Positions 1 to 12,565 of a stretch of 64,000 nucleotides of DNA are shown piece after piece. Origin of the DNA: Mobula hypostoma (taxonomy: Eukaryota); the NCBI RefSeq assembly GCF_963921235.1, contig NC_086097.1, forward strand, positions 64,234,001 through 64,298,000, written 5' to 3'. The notes under the pieces are model-generated. The model saw only the letters and a list, made by a program, of their open reading frames with translations, searched no databases and was not told the origin of the DNA. Within the stretch, counting starts at the first letter, position 1. Each line of letters starts with the position of its first letter. The position numbers were made by a program, and so were the translations under genes.

Positions 1-412
1 TCTGTTCAGTGGTGACCTGCATGAAATTAATGGTAGATACTTGAGAAGGTTATTCCACTCCACTGAACATTAGGAAAAGTGCTTCAAATTTAACTTGAAA
101 TGACGTTTTGAATTGAACTATTGGATAATTTTCCCCTCGATGCCCACTGACTTCACTTTTATTCTCATTGTCGCCAAACACAGCCAAAAATTGTCTTGAC
201 GTCAAGGGCAGTCTGTCCGAAATCAAGTCTCAAGCTGTGTAGTCCTAGTAAAGCCTAAATTAGGGATTAGCGAGGAGGTTAATGGGAAATTCTGCTTCAC
301 AGATTCTAATACTTTGCTGATGATAGGGAGTGATTTAACAGGTTAATTTATTTCACAGAATTTGTTTCTTTTCCCTCAGAAATAATATACACTAAATGAC
401 CTTTTATCAATA

Positions 413-1794
413 CAGGTTTTCCCCGCCATCTGAAGGTAGAGTGTTTCTATGAAACGGTTTGTAAGCCGGAATGTCGTAAAGCGAAGAAGCAATTACCATT
501 TATTTATATGGGAAAATTTTGTGAGCGTTCGCAGACCCAAAAATAATCTACCAAATCATGCCAAATAACACATAAAACCTAAAATAACAGTAACATATAG
601 TAAAAGCAGGAATGACATGATAAATACACAGCCTATATAAAGTAGAAATACTTTTCTACAATCATTGCCGGCACTGTTCTCTGTAGCGAAAATCTCACGC
701 AAGCGCTGTTAGCAAAAACACTCTCTCCAGTAACCTTTAAGCTATGAAGCTGTCAAATCATACCAAATAACACATAAAAATACACAGCCTATATAAAGTA
801 GAAATAATATATGTACAGTGTAGTATCACTTACGGGAATCCAGAAGACAGCTTGCCGAGCACACTGATGATGGTGTGTCAGACTGAGTCGTCGGAGTCTG
901 GCTGGTGCAGTGGTCCCACCCTCCAGGCTGCTGACTGATACCGATCTGCGAAGCATGCAGGGGTACAGTGATAGCCGGGAGGCACACAGCACATCTTTAA
1001 GAAAAAAGCCGAAATAAACATGATAATTAATTAGGTGCCGCCCGGCTCCGCGAATCGGTATCTGTCCACGGCCTGGGGGTTGGGGTGGTGGGACACTGGG
1101 ATGTCTTCTCATCATCGTCTGTTTCCATTAGGGCAGGCAGCTCATCTTCTCCTATGACTGCCCGCCTTGATGTCGAAGGTCGAAGTTCGCCGTCTGCTGT
1201 GGCTCATGTGGAAGGCTTGAAAAACGACAGTACTGTATGCTTGACTGCTGAGCCTCACGCATTTTTCTATCATACAGTTGTTTGTAAACCATCTTGCAAA
1301 TATGCCCTAAACCAATGTACCCTTCCAAAATTAAAGTTGTACTTTATCATTGCAGCGAAAATCTCACGCAGTTGCTTCACATTCAGTTCCAGGACAACTT
1401 AACTTTCGCTACTGCATTCGGTTTCGATCGTTATCCTTTCCTCTTCTAATTGCATCAGCTCTTCATCTATCAGTTCTTGGTCATGAGATGCAAAACCTCT
1501 ACAACCTCATCTTCGTCAACTTCCACAAGCCAAACTCACTTTGTCCTTACTTCGTTCACCATGATCGAAACGCTTCATTATGTCTAGTTTTACGCCAAGT
1601 GTAACACCCTAATGAGCTCTTTCATGCTTTTCCAATACTATAGAACTCATCTTGCAAACGGCTGCTCAGGGCACGCGCTGCTTTTTTTCGTAACAGTGAG
1701 AATACCTTCTGTTAGCGAAAACAGGGAACTAATGTAGGTCTTTCGTAACGGTGAGGTTTCGTAAAGCGAACGTTTGAAAAGCAGGGGACACCTG
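413..1794 (-). mobile_element. TcMar-Tigger-like non-autonomous DNA transposon
   Basis: Imperfect TIRs (caggttttccccgcc... / ...gcaggggacacctg), TA at left; minus-strand remnant of a Tigger-like transposase C-terminus (~1200-1550: SHDQELIDEELMQLEEER, YKQLYDRK); second partial copy at 19450. Confidence 0.75.
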
Positions 1795-2212
1795 TGATAG
1801 AAATAGTGATTGTATTTTGTAAGAAAGTAACTTCTCCAGTGGATTAACAATTAGATTATATTTCTGAAGCATAATGTGATGCAATGTAAATAAACAACTT
1901 CAAAAACCAATTATAATTTTGTTTATGCACCATGGAATGGATTTTACTGGCTATGAAATGCAACACTTACACTTTTCTGAACAAAAAAAACACTTGTCAT
2001 TTCTCAGCCCACTTAACCAGTGGATCAAGATCCCCCCTAAAATTTTTGATAATCCTCTCCATTGTCTTTCAGCGTCATCATGCCTTCCACATACTCATCC
2101 AAATTGTTGAGACGGATGACAAGCAATAACGACCCAGCGCCTACCCGATGCACACCATTAATTATGAGTCTCCAATCTGAGAAGCAACTTTCCACTGTTA
2201 CTCATTGCTTCA

Positions 2213-2830
2213 CAGCAGGCCAGGCAGCATCTCTAGGAAGAGGTACAGTCAGTCAGTAGGCTTATAGTAGACATCAGTGGATAAGCTGTCTCCAGAGTCA
2301 GAGACAGAAAGATCTAGAAAGGGGAGGGAGGTGTCGGAAATGGACCAGGTAAACTTGAGGGCAGGATGAAAGTTGGAGGCAAAGTTAATAAGGTCAACGA
2401 GTTCTGCATGCGTGCAGGAAGCAGCGCCAATGCAGTCGTCGATGTAGCGAAGGAAAAGTGGGGGACAGATACCAGAATAGGCACGGAACATAGATTGTTC
2501 CACAAAGCCAACAAAAAGGCAGGCATAGCTAGGACCCATATGGGTGACCATAGCTACACCTTTAGTTTGGAGGAAGTGGGAGGAGCCAAAGGAGAAATTA
2601 TTAAGAGTAAGGACTAATTCCGCTAGACGGAGCAGAGTGGTGGTAGAGGGGAACTGATTAGGTCTGGAATCCAAAAAGAAGCGGAGAGCTTTGAGACCTT
2701 CCTGATGGGGGATGGAAGTATATAGGGACTGGACATCCATGGTGAAAATAAAGCGGTGGGGGCCAGGGAACTTAAAATCATCGAAAAGTTTAAGAGCGTA
2801 AGAAGTGTCACAAACATAGGTAGGAAGGTA
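2213..2830 (-). mobile_element. Penelope-like retroelement RT fragment joined to a pLTR piece
   Basis: ORF 2249..2740 with PLE RT motifs DVQSLYTSIP, QTKGVAM, RYIDD, LPFLD, YYKPTD; 2213-2250 matches the tail of the 12432 element. Confidence 0.88.
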
Positions 2831-4884
2831 GGAAGAATACCAATGAGCTAGCTCTCCCGGATCCTATACATTCTAATCTTCCAGGGCGACTTGCCACGTG
2901 AAAACTTTTAAAATGCCTTATTGACCACATCTACCATCCTGCTCTCGCTGACCTTCTTGTTTACCAAAAACTGAATCAAGCTCATGACCTCTCAGGCAAA
3001 GTTGTGTGGACTTCCCTAAACAATCTGCTTTTTCAGATGATTGTACATTTTATCCCTTAGAATCCTCTCCAGTAACTTGGCTACCAAAGATGCTAAGCTT
3101 AACAGTCTATAATTCCTAGGTTTTTCTTTGCAGCTCTCACCTAGAGAATATAAAGTTTATTATGAGATTTTAGCAGTTTCTAATTTTTCATTTAAATATC
3201 ATCATCTGAATGCTTATGTGGGAAGGTACAACATTCCCAGATGCCCTCCAAATTTGTCATATTATTTATATTTCAGAACAATTCATGTATTAAATATTAA
3301 ATGTAATATCCATAACATATCACAAATAAATTCAAAAATTGTCAGATACTTTTCCAAGATATATTCTGTTCTAATTCCGAGCAGTATTTTTCTTCATCCA
3401 GTAATTCAACACAACTCTAATCACATGATCAATCAATTAAACAGCTCAAATGGGAGAACAAGCTTCATTAGTGCTTTCTTCAGGACAGAGCAATCAAAAC
3501 ACTTAAATGACCAAATTATTACTGCAATGAGACCAAAACAGAAGCTTCAGAACTATCAGAGCTAGACATCATTTGTACTGGATTACTATTATTCTAATTG
3601 TCAGGAAGATCTAGCCACACAAAATACGTCAATCAACGATATGAACCAAAAGTTTCAAGTATATTAATGCTAGCTTCTAGCATAACTGTACAAATAGAAA
3701 CATTGTTAAAGTAATATTATTTTCACTAAGAAATGCTGCTGAACATAGCTAGGATAAAAAAAAAATCATTAAATTGTCAGTGTTAGGGAAATTTATTCAA
3801 AGATACTACAAATATTTTGCTGGTTCCAAAGAATTTCACATTTTTGTCTTTCAAATGCAAAATGTAAAAAAATACAGCAATTCCTTCATATTATTAAATT
3901 TATATACGTAGGCTGCCCACCAGCTTTTCCAGTAAAATGCAATCTGTGCTTTATTCTGGCCGAATGTGATATCTGTCAGCTAAAAAATACCAGCACCCAT
4001 GAATAAAATTATCACAGCACACAGTAAATAAGACAAAGTAAATTACATGTAAATGGATAGATAATGTTGAAAAAGTGTGATGACTATTCTTGGAGCTGAC
4101 CAGCAAGTCAATGCAATTAATCCTATTTATTTGCTTTGCTCTTTCAGATAAACAAAAATTAAGATGTGAAATCTAAATAAGTCATATTAATTTTGAACCG
4201 TTTCTAATCAAACTAAAGCACAACAAGTAATTGGGAAGTCTTGCCTTCACACTAGGGAAAAATAAATCCGAGACGTCAAGTGACTTTCACCCATTTTGCT
4301 CTCTCACAGCTTTGACAATAAGAAATTTAAAAAATATTCTCAAGAGAAAAGCTACAGAAAAAGCGATCCATTCATGATTCACAATGAAGTTAAGCAAAGT
4401 ATTAGTTTGAAAGAACCTAAGATAAAGTATGAGAATAGGGTCGAGGGGAAGCATACACCAGCCATGATTGAATGGCGGAGCAAACTTAATGGACTGAAAG
4501 GCTTAATTCTGCTCCTATGTCTTATGGTCTAATATGTGGTGTATAGTTGCAAAGAGGAGCATTAGGCCTGAAGGTATTTTTTCCAAATATTAAAAAAGTT
4601 AGAAATAAGTAGAATATTCCTTAGATTAGCAAGAAATATATCTGGATTGTAAGAAGTTCTCCAAGTATTCATGCAGCACAGGCATGTGTTCTTCAACCTA
4701 TCGTGTTGATGGTGACTTTTTGTTCACTTTGTGTTCAGTCAAAAGTTGGTAATGGCTCTTTGACTATATGGTACCCAATATAATTACTGATTTCACCTTT
4801 TAAAGCTCGTAGCCTATTTGATAAAGTTTTTAAATACAAGTGAAACTAAACAAATCTAAGGAATGGTGGAAACACAACAGACTC

Positions 4885-6210
4885 CATTGCTGGAATGTAG
4901 GGCAAAAAATACACTGTTTTTAAAATTCAGCAGGTCAGCAGCATCCATGAAGGAGAAGGGTTGGCTGACTTTTCAGGTTGAGACGCTGCATCAGGACTGA
5001 GAGTTTACATAGAAAATAGCCAGTACAGTCGGCGCTCCTTATCCGCGAGTTCCGCATGCGCGAATTCAACCAACCGCAAATTGAGAAAACCCGGAAGTGC
5101 TCTTCCAGCATTTGCTGTTCAAGCATGTACAGACTTTTTTTTTCTTGTCATTTTTCCCTGAACAATGCAGTATAACAACTATTTTGCATAGCATTTACAT
5201 TATATTAGGTAATCTAGAGATGATTTAAAGTATACGGGAGGATGTGCGTAGGTTATCGTGGATCGGGATCGAAAAAAACCCAGAAGTTCTCTTATTAAGT
5301 AAGTGGGAACAGGTACATCTGTTATTATTTAGCGTCAGTTAGTCAAACATTTGTCTTAGTATATAGTATACATTTTACCTTTCTATGCATATAAAGTACT
5401 TAAGAAATGTATGTTTTAGCGCCGGGCTCGGGAACGCAAGTTTCCAAGTTCGATCCAGTGACAGAGTGCTCCCGAGCACGTTCTTCGTCCGTGCCGGGTT
5501 GATGTGGAGGATCAAAAACCCCAAACCCCAATAATTTAACCACTGTGTTGCTTAGTAATAATTGTAGCTTTAATCGGTCAGGGCCTTTCTCATTTTATCC
5601 TTTAAAATTGTTCTGATCATTGACCGACTGTAGCCTAACGCTTTTCCAACGACCAATGGCATTTCACCTCTTTCTGATCACTTTATTATTTCCACTTTAT
5701 TTTCAACCGTGATCATAATTATTTACGTGAACAGAAACACTGCAGATTCAGAGCTCCGCCGCCGGGTCCTAATGTCCACCGCACTGAGACAGGTTAAATA
5801 AGGTCCGGGGTTCTGCTGGATCCTAAGGTCCACCACATTGAGACAGGCTGAATAAGGGATTTGAGCATCAGCGTTTTTTCGTATCCGCGAAGGGTCACTG
5901 AATCAATCCCTTGTGAATAAGGAGGGCCAACTGTATATAGAAGTGAGAGTGCGGGGTAAGACAGAGTTTGGTAGGTGATTATGTTTCCACCAGTCACCAA
6001 GCCTTTGTTGCTGCATCCCTCCTCCTCCCCCTCCCAGTCCATCACACCACCCCCATTCTCCACCTCATCTGGTTCCATCAATCATCTCACTTCTATACAA
6101 TATGGCAACTATCCCTCTAAGCTGACAGTCCTGATGCAGTGCCTTGATAGGAAACATTAACCATCCTTTTGCCTCCACTGATGCTCCTCGGCTCACTGAT
6201 TGCTTTAGTA
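4885..6210. mobile_element. Degenerate Penelope pLTR-derived repeat in two inverted halves, interrupted by the Tigger element at 5026-5933
   Basis: Decayed hammerhead-like motifs facing opposite ways: minus ~4965-5000 (gtcCTGATGcag..GAAA) and plus ~6127-6160. Confidence 0.55.
5026..5933. mobile_element. TcMar-Tigger non-autonomous element, MER2-like
   Basis: TIRs cagtcggcgctccttatcc / gaataaggagggccaactg flanked by TA on both sides (5024-5025, 5934-5935). Confidence 0.85.
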
Positions 6211-6409
6211 GTTAATGTTTTGATTGAGGAGTTCTGATTTTCCTCCCAGCATATCAACAATGAGAGATAACTAGCTGAGTTCTATAAACAGCCTAGTTAC
6301 CAATTTTACTGTCTGCATAAACTAAATCCAACCAATTTGAAGCTGAGAGCAGTTATCAGTAAAAGACACTAACTGCCAAGGCAGTTGGTGACCTCAATGG
6401 AAGAGTTTA

Positions 6410-6928
6410 TCTGTGGCTCCTCACTTGATGTCAATAAAAAGGCTGCAGCAAGTGATGGCTACAGCTCTGTCCATCACAGATAAAGCCCTTCCCATCATTG
6501 AGTATAATTACATGGAGCACTGCCACAAGAAAGCAGCATCCATTGAAAATGCCCATCATCCATGTCATGTCCTCTTCTCACTACTACCAGGCAGGAAGTA
6601 CAGAAGCCCAAGGTCCACACCACCAAGTTCAGGATAGTTATTACCCTACAACCGTTAAACTCCTGAAGCAGCATGGATAACTTCACTCACCGCTACTCTG
6701 AACTGATTCCACGGCTCACTTAAAACTCATGTTCTCAGTATTACTTTTGCTTGCAGTTTGTTGCCTTTTGCACATTGGTTATTTGTCAGTCTTTGTCTGT
6801 TTATGTATAGTTTTTCCTAAATTTTATTGTATTTATTTTTTTCTGTAAATACTGGCATGAAAATGAATCTCAAGATAGTAAATGGTAACAAATACAAACT
6901 TTGATAATAGATTTACTTTGAACTTTGA
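6410..6928 (+). mobile_element. Rex-Babar-like LINE 3' fragment
   Basis: C-terminal motif KAASI..HHP.H.LFSLLP-GRKYR and (actttga) tail. Confidence 0.7.
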
Positions 6929-7656
6929 AAGTGAAAAACTTTCCCTTGCTTCTGAAACTGAAGATCTGTTTTAGATTTAGCCTCTACGTATTCCAACTGT
7001 TTTATTTTTGTACTACAAAATAATTATCTACTGTTCAAACTGAGGTATTCAGATGCAACAATGAATACAAGGTCTGTAAAACAACACGAGTAATACTAAG
7101 CCCACAATCAGAAATAGATTTTCTGCACTTTTAAAAAGACTGACTTATTTTAACTAACTTCTCTGAATAAACAACAATTACATGTTATAATCAAACAGCT
7201 GGAACGGCAGCAAGTCAGGTTGCTTGAGATGAACTGAAAATTTAATTCTGATTCTCTTTCTCCTTGAGCTGTTGAGTGTTTAATGTTTTTAAAACACATT
7301 TTACAGATTTTCAAGTCATGAGTTCTCTTGCTTTAAGTGGAACTTCCCCAGTGTTATGGCTTTTCCACTTTGAAAACTCTCTCACATTGGTTTCAAAACT
7401 GTTATCATCGGATATGACGGACCCTAATCTATTCTTGTTTGAATATTGATTTAACAGAATAGTTTTCACTGCTCTAAGTACATGAAATTCCAGTTTTACC
7501 TTTGACCAGGTAAACCGATTTGCTTGGTGAGTATATTCTCCTTTTGAGACACAGCAGATGCATAAAACTGAAGTAATATGCGTAACTCTGTCTATCCCAT
7601 TTAACAGGATTTTTATAACTACAAAAGGCCAGCCTTAAGGTACGAAGTATTTAAAA

Positions 7657-7666
7657 AAAAGGATAC
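7657..7666 (-). promoter_or_regulatory. U12-type (minor spliceosome) 5' splice site GTATCCTTTT
   Basis: Exact match to the U12 GT-type donor consensus RTATCCTTT at the exon boundary where the RALGAPA1 frame breaks. Confidence 0.9.
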
Positions 7667-7794
7667 AAATTTTGATATAGAGGAATTAGCGATTTCAATG
7701 CTCGACTTGCATTGATTGCCGTAGCTCGTACTAGACATGGTAAGACTTTTCCATCCACAATTGCTCCATCAAAAAGTGGGCCAAAAAACGGTAC
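7667..7794 (-). CDS. RALGAPA1: RALGAPA1 coding exon ([43 protein letters not shown]), last exon seen in window
   Basis: CAG acceptor; 128 nt, phase 0/2; ends at the U12-type donor GTATCCTTT. Confidence 0.94.
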
Positions 7795-8019
7795 CTGTTG
7801 AAAGATGATCATTTTGTCCAGTTTTAGAAGTTGACTTATTCTGTATTATCATAAGTTGTACAAAAATATCTGGTTTAAAATGACTTTTTCAAATGGAAAG
7901 AAATATAATTTAAAGCAAATAATAAAAATGAAACTGCATTTATTTCAGATCCAGATCTTTCACTTGGCCTCTTCTATGGGAATAGGTTGGGAGTGTTAAT
8001 TACTGAAATAGATGTTCTT

Positions 8020-8234
8020 CCTTATTCCCCAACATGTATAAATGTAAATTCAAATGTAAAGAGGCAGTACACTGTTAAGGACAAGACAGTGTTGATGAGC
8101 AGAGGGATCTTGGGGTCCAAGTTTATAGCTCCCTGAGAAGTGGCTACCCTGGTTGATAGGGTAGTTGAGAAGGTATATGGCACGCTTGCCTTTATTAGTC
8201 GAGGTACTGAGTTCAAAAGTCAGTAAGTTATTTT
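8020..8234 (+). mobile_element. CR1-like LINE fragment
   Basis: EQRDLGVQV...KAYGTLAFISRGTEFKS-type RT C-terminal sequence. Confidence 0.65.
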
Positions 8235-8502
8235 ACAACACACACAAAATGCTGGAGGAACGCAGCAAACCAGGCAGCATCTATAGGAAGAAGTACAATC
8301 GACATTTTGGGTCGAGATCTTGAAGTGATAGTAAGAGATTTGAAAGTGAGAGTCTCCCCCTTTCTTTCTCTCTAGGCCTTCCGTCCCACGATCCTCCCCC
8401 TTCTCCAGCTCTGTATCCCTTTTGCCAATCAACTTTCCAGCTCTTAGCTTCATTCCTCCCCCTCCTGTCTTCTATCATTTCAGATCTCCACCTCCCCCTC
8501 CC
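8235..8502. mobile_element. Penelope pLTR-derived repeat with internal inversion
   Basis: 8235-8350 matches the family tail on minus; 8352-8502 matches the adjacent purine/pyrimidine block on plus. Confidence 0.7.
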
Positions 8503-8955
8503 ATGACATGGAACTGAGGCACTGATTAAACAGGGCCTTAACGATGATAATGTTGGAATTACTATGTCACACTCCAGTGGGTACAGAAATAGGATATTGC
8601 AATAGAATCCACAACCACAAAGATAGTGTGGAAGTGTCAGTTTTAGATTTTTGTGGAAGGTAGAATTGGATATCAGCAGGACCAGAACTTAATATTCTCA
8701 CAAGGAAGTGTGCTGGTATCACCAGGGATATTTTAAATCAACTTGATGGGAGGGAAGGGGCAGATGGTCCCAGCTTCAGAAGAAACAAATACAGAATGTG
8801 CAAGTTGATTAAGTAAATGATCCTGATAGCTAACGCAAGGAAATAAAGAGAATAAACTAAGAACAGCATAGACAATGCAAGAATGACATCATAGCCATTA
8901 CTGAAGAATTGTCAAAGAAAGGTGTGATTAGCATCTCAATGTCTCTTCTTACTGA

Positions 8956-9869
8956 GGCTACGTCCACACTAGACCGGATAATTTTGAAAACACTGGTTTC
9001 GCGTAAAAACGATAGGTGTCCACACCATTTTTTGAAAATACCTCCGTCCACATTAAAACGGGTATTTGGGCGAATCTCCTCCTACTGGGCATGCGCAGGA
9101 CACACCTACAGAAAACAGGCGCCATGTTTGGTGTCGAATCTCGCTGTGAAAGTGCGTGTTTGTGCAGTTACAGACTAGAAAAAACTTGAAAGAAAATTGC
9201 CAAATGACAGACAGCTGTTGGTTCTTGCGCAGGAGGACTTAAAACTAAAAAAAAACAAATACTGGAGCGTATGGAGGCAACTGACAGGGAGTTCACGGAC
9301 AGTATGACCCGGCTGACGACGAACATTGAAAAACTGACTAACTCTGTTGCATTAATAAAGCACCTTGTTAAATGTATAAAACATGTCTGCATCAGTGGTG
9401 TCTTCTATTTCCATACAATGTTACATTAGGCTGTTACTCATCTATTGTCAGATAAGTAGGTAAATCACCTTCATACAAGCAAGGACAGAAAACAGTGAGT
9501 ATACTTATTTAGTCAGTAAGTTATGGGTAAAGGTATTTGGTGAGTACATTTCTAACTTCTGGCTTCAGCCTCGTGGCCGTCGGTTCTGAAATTGTTAGGT
9601 TGTGTGGGGGGTTGCGTTCAAGAAGACAATGAAATGCCGCGCTGCCACCATCTGTTCCGGCACGTCATGACAGCGTTTTTAGAAATCTCTGGTTACCCCG
9701 TCCACAGTACTCTGCCCAATCGGCATTTTCAAATTTACACACTCTGGAGGGTATTTTAGAAAATCTCCGTTTTCTGGGGAGGAAAACACCGTTTCAGTGT
9801 GGATGGAGGGTCAAAACGAAGAGAAAAAGCTTCGATTACGGATTTATCCAGTCTAGTGTGGACGTAGCC
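8956..9869 (+). mobile_element. PIF/Harbinger-type non-autonomous DNA transposon
   Basis: 26-bp TIRs GGCTACGTCCACACTAGAC(C/T)GGATAA with one mismatch; 3-bp TGA target duplication at 8953-8955 and 9870-9872. Confidence 0.88.
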
Positions 9870-11471
9870 TGAGTTTTCAGATAGACAGATATAGAATGTG
9901 TTGCAGTTAAAGAAACAAATAAAGCTGAGAAGAGGTATAATATGTACTGTGATTGCATTTTACACCCAAATATAATACGGTGAACGTTTCATCAAGGAGA
10001 AATATCAAGATAATTCTTGCCCAAGATCCATCAACTTCTTGGTACAAAAGAAAGCACTATCATAATGGATAGAAAACTGATGGGCATACGAGAATTGGAG
10101 AATACAGTACTGCCTGAACTAATCAGAAAGACTTGCAGGCAGGTTTGGTCTGGAGATTGGCAGAGTGCTTCTGCCATGACACAGCTTATTACATGGTCTC
10201 TGCCTCAAAGAAATTGAATTTCCTGGTATGGAGACAGCAAATCAATCAGGTAGATAAGATCTTTTACAAATGAGAATTTTCATTCAGAAGATGTGGATAG
10301 ACTGTAAATGGCAATGCTGGATGGCATTCATTGTCTATCCCTTACTGCCTTCCCTATCCCTATCAAAATAATTGAGTAATGTATACGTCATACTCTTAAG
10401 ATTGGTTGATTTTCCTCTTTGAAGGGTATGAGCAAACTTGCAACGAGGCGAGTATTTTAAAATTCCTAGTTTCTGCTACCATGTTGGATTTGAATCACAT
10501 TCTTGGATCAATGGTCCAGATCTTTGGCTGCTTGTAAAATTACTCAACCATTATGCTGCATACTTTAAGCAGCAATTCAAATGATTGCATGATATTGATG
10601 ATGGTACACAATGCTGACAAATAATAAAGTCTGCTTTCAGATAAATCTGTTCTACTTGTTTGAAAGTATGAGTGAACATAATACCACTGCAGTGGGCTCA
10701 TTTACATGTAATGTTTTGAACATGTCAAAAGAACCTTAATAAAGTAGTGAGGAACCATAATTTTGTCCTTAACTTTTAAAACTACAAAAAAGACATGAAC
10801 CAATTATTAACAATCAGAAATAAATCATATTTGTTTCTTGAGACAAGAAGTATGTGGGGGAACCTAAATTAGACCTTTTTTTCCCACAGTCATAGTCAAA
10901 CCATAGTCATAGTTTCAGGGCCATGTTAAAGGACAAGAAAGAGATTAGGCCACACAGCTGTTCATGTCTTTGCTGCCATCCAATAAGATGATGCATACTG
11001 TTCTTTCAAAACATTCTCTTTTTATATACATACATGCACCTGTTTTCAGATCATTGGTGGTGGGGGGGAATGGAGAAAGAAAGATGGGGCCTCTGTTTGG
11101 TCATTCTACACCTATCACATTCACGTCATGACAAAATATTGCTTACAAAAAAAGGAACAAACTACCTGAGCAACTCTGAATGATATAAGCAAGTTTGTCT
11201 GCTGTGGAATGAAGGCTGAATCTTTGAGAAGTGAAATCATTCATAATTTGGTCTTGGAAATTTTGGGAAAGCTGTAAATTTTTCTTAGTTCTCTTTTGTA
11301 AATTCCCTGCAGATAAATGTTTTTATTTCTGAGATCCACATGAAATATACTGTACTTCTGGCTTCATAACACCAGTGCTATGGAGGAAAATAAATAGCTC
11401 AAAAATGTTCCAGCTGCATTGTTAAGGTGTGCAAATGCCACAGTATTAATTCAGTTCTAAGAAAGCATTTA

Positions 11472-11651
<180 letters not shown>

Positions 11652-11995
11652 CTACTCAAAACAAAACATGAAACAAAGATAAGAAATTTATAGATTATAA
11701 TACAAATATCAATACTTTCGTCTTAACATGGGCAGTCATTCTTTTTTTTCTGCACTATATCAGAGAAGGAGGTGAATATGATGCTTGGCCACAAATGAAA
11801 ATACATGGAAAATGTTCTTTAATTAAAACATTCTTTATATTGATTTTAACTGTTTTTTTTTGTGTTTTAATACAAGAACTAACAATATGTTGGGTACTTG
11901 GCTTTTCTCAGTTACAGTGCAGTGCAGTTAAAGGGAGTGAAGGCAAGTATCACAGGCAACCACCCCTTGAAGAGGTTTCTAACACTATAGACGTG

Positions 11996-12431
11996 TCCAC
12001 GCTGACAATCAACACAGGCGCACCTAAGGATATGTGCTTAGCTCATTCCTATACTTTCTCTACACTCATGACTGTATGGCTAGGCACAGCTCAATTCTCA
12101 TCTGTAAATTCACTGATGACATCACAGTCGTTAGAAGAATCTCAGATGGCGAGGAGGTGGTGTACTGGAGCACTCAATCGGCTGGATGAGTGGTGTCAGA
12201 ACAACAATCTTGCACTCAATGTCAGCTACACCAAGGAATTGATTGCGGACTTCCGGAAGGGGAAGTTGGGAGGAAACACCCCAGTCCTCAACGTTGGAAA
12301 CAGTGAGCAGCTTCAATTACCTGGCAATCAACATGTCAGAGGATTATTCCTGAACCCAACATATTGATCCAATCATGAAGAAGGCACGCCAGCCGCTATA
12401 CTTCATTAGGAGTTTGAGAGATTTAATACGT
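11996..12431 (+). mobile_element. Rex-Babar-like LINE fragment (continues at ~14800-15218 after Penelope insertions)
   Basis: LTINTGAP..., WCQNNNLALNVS.TKELI.DFRK motifs. Confidence 0.75.
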
Positions 12432-12526
12432 AAACACGAGGAATTCTGCAATGCTGGAAATTCAAGCAACACACATCAAAGTTGCTGGTGAATGCAGCAG
12501 GCCAGGCAGCATCTCTTGGAAGAGGT

Positions 12527-12565
12527 ACAGTCGACGTTTCGGGCTGAGACCCTTCGTCAGGACTA
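12527..12565 (-). ncRNA. Minimal type I hammerhead ribozyme, intact core
   Basis: UAGUC-CUGACGA-A-GGG-UCUCAG-CCC-GAAA-C-GUC^GACUG: conserved core boxes, 3-bp stem II, 5-bp stem I, palindromic ACGU stem III, GUC cleavage triplet. Confidence 0.8.

Noticed and set aside
3128..3565. 145-aa ORF (similarly 16061..16411, 26465..26857, 51239..51598)
   Set aside because: AT-rich intronic sequence with no recognisable domain or splice support
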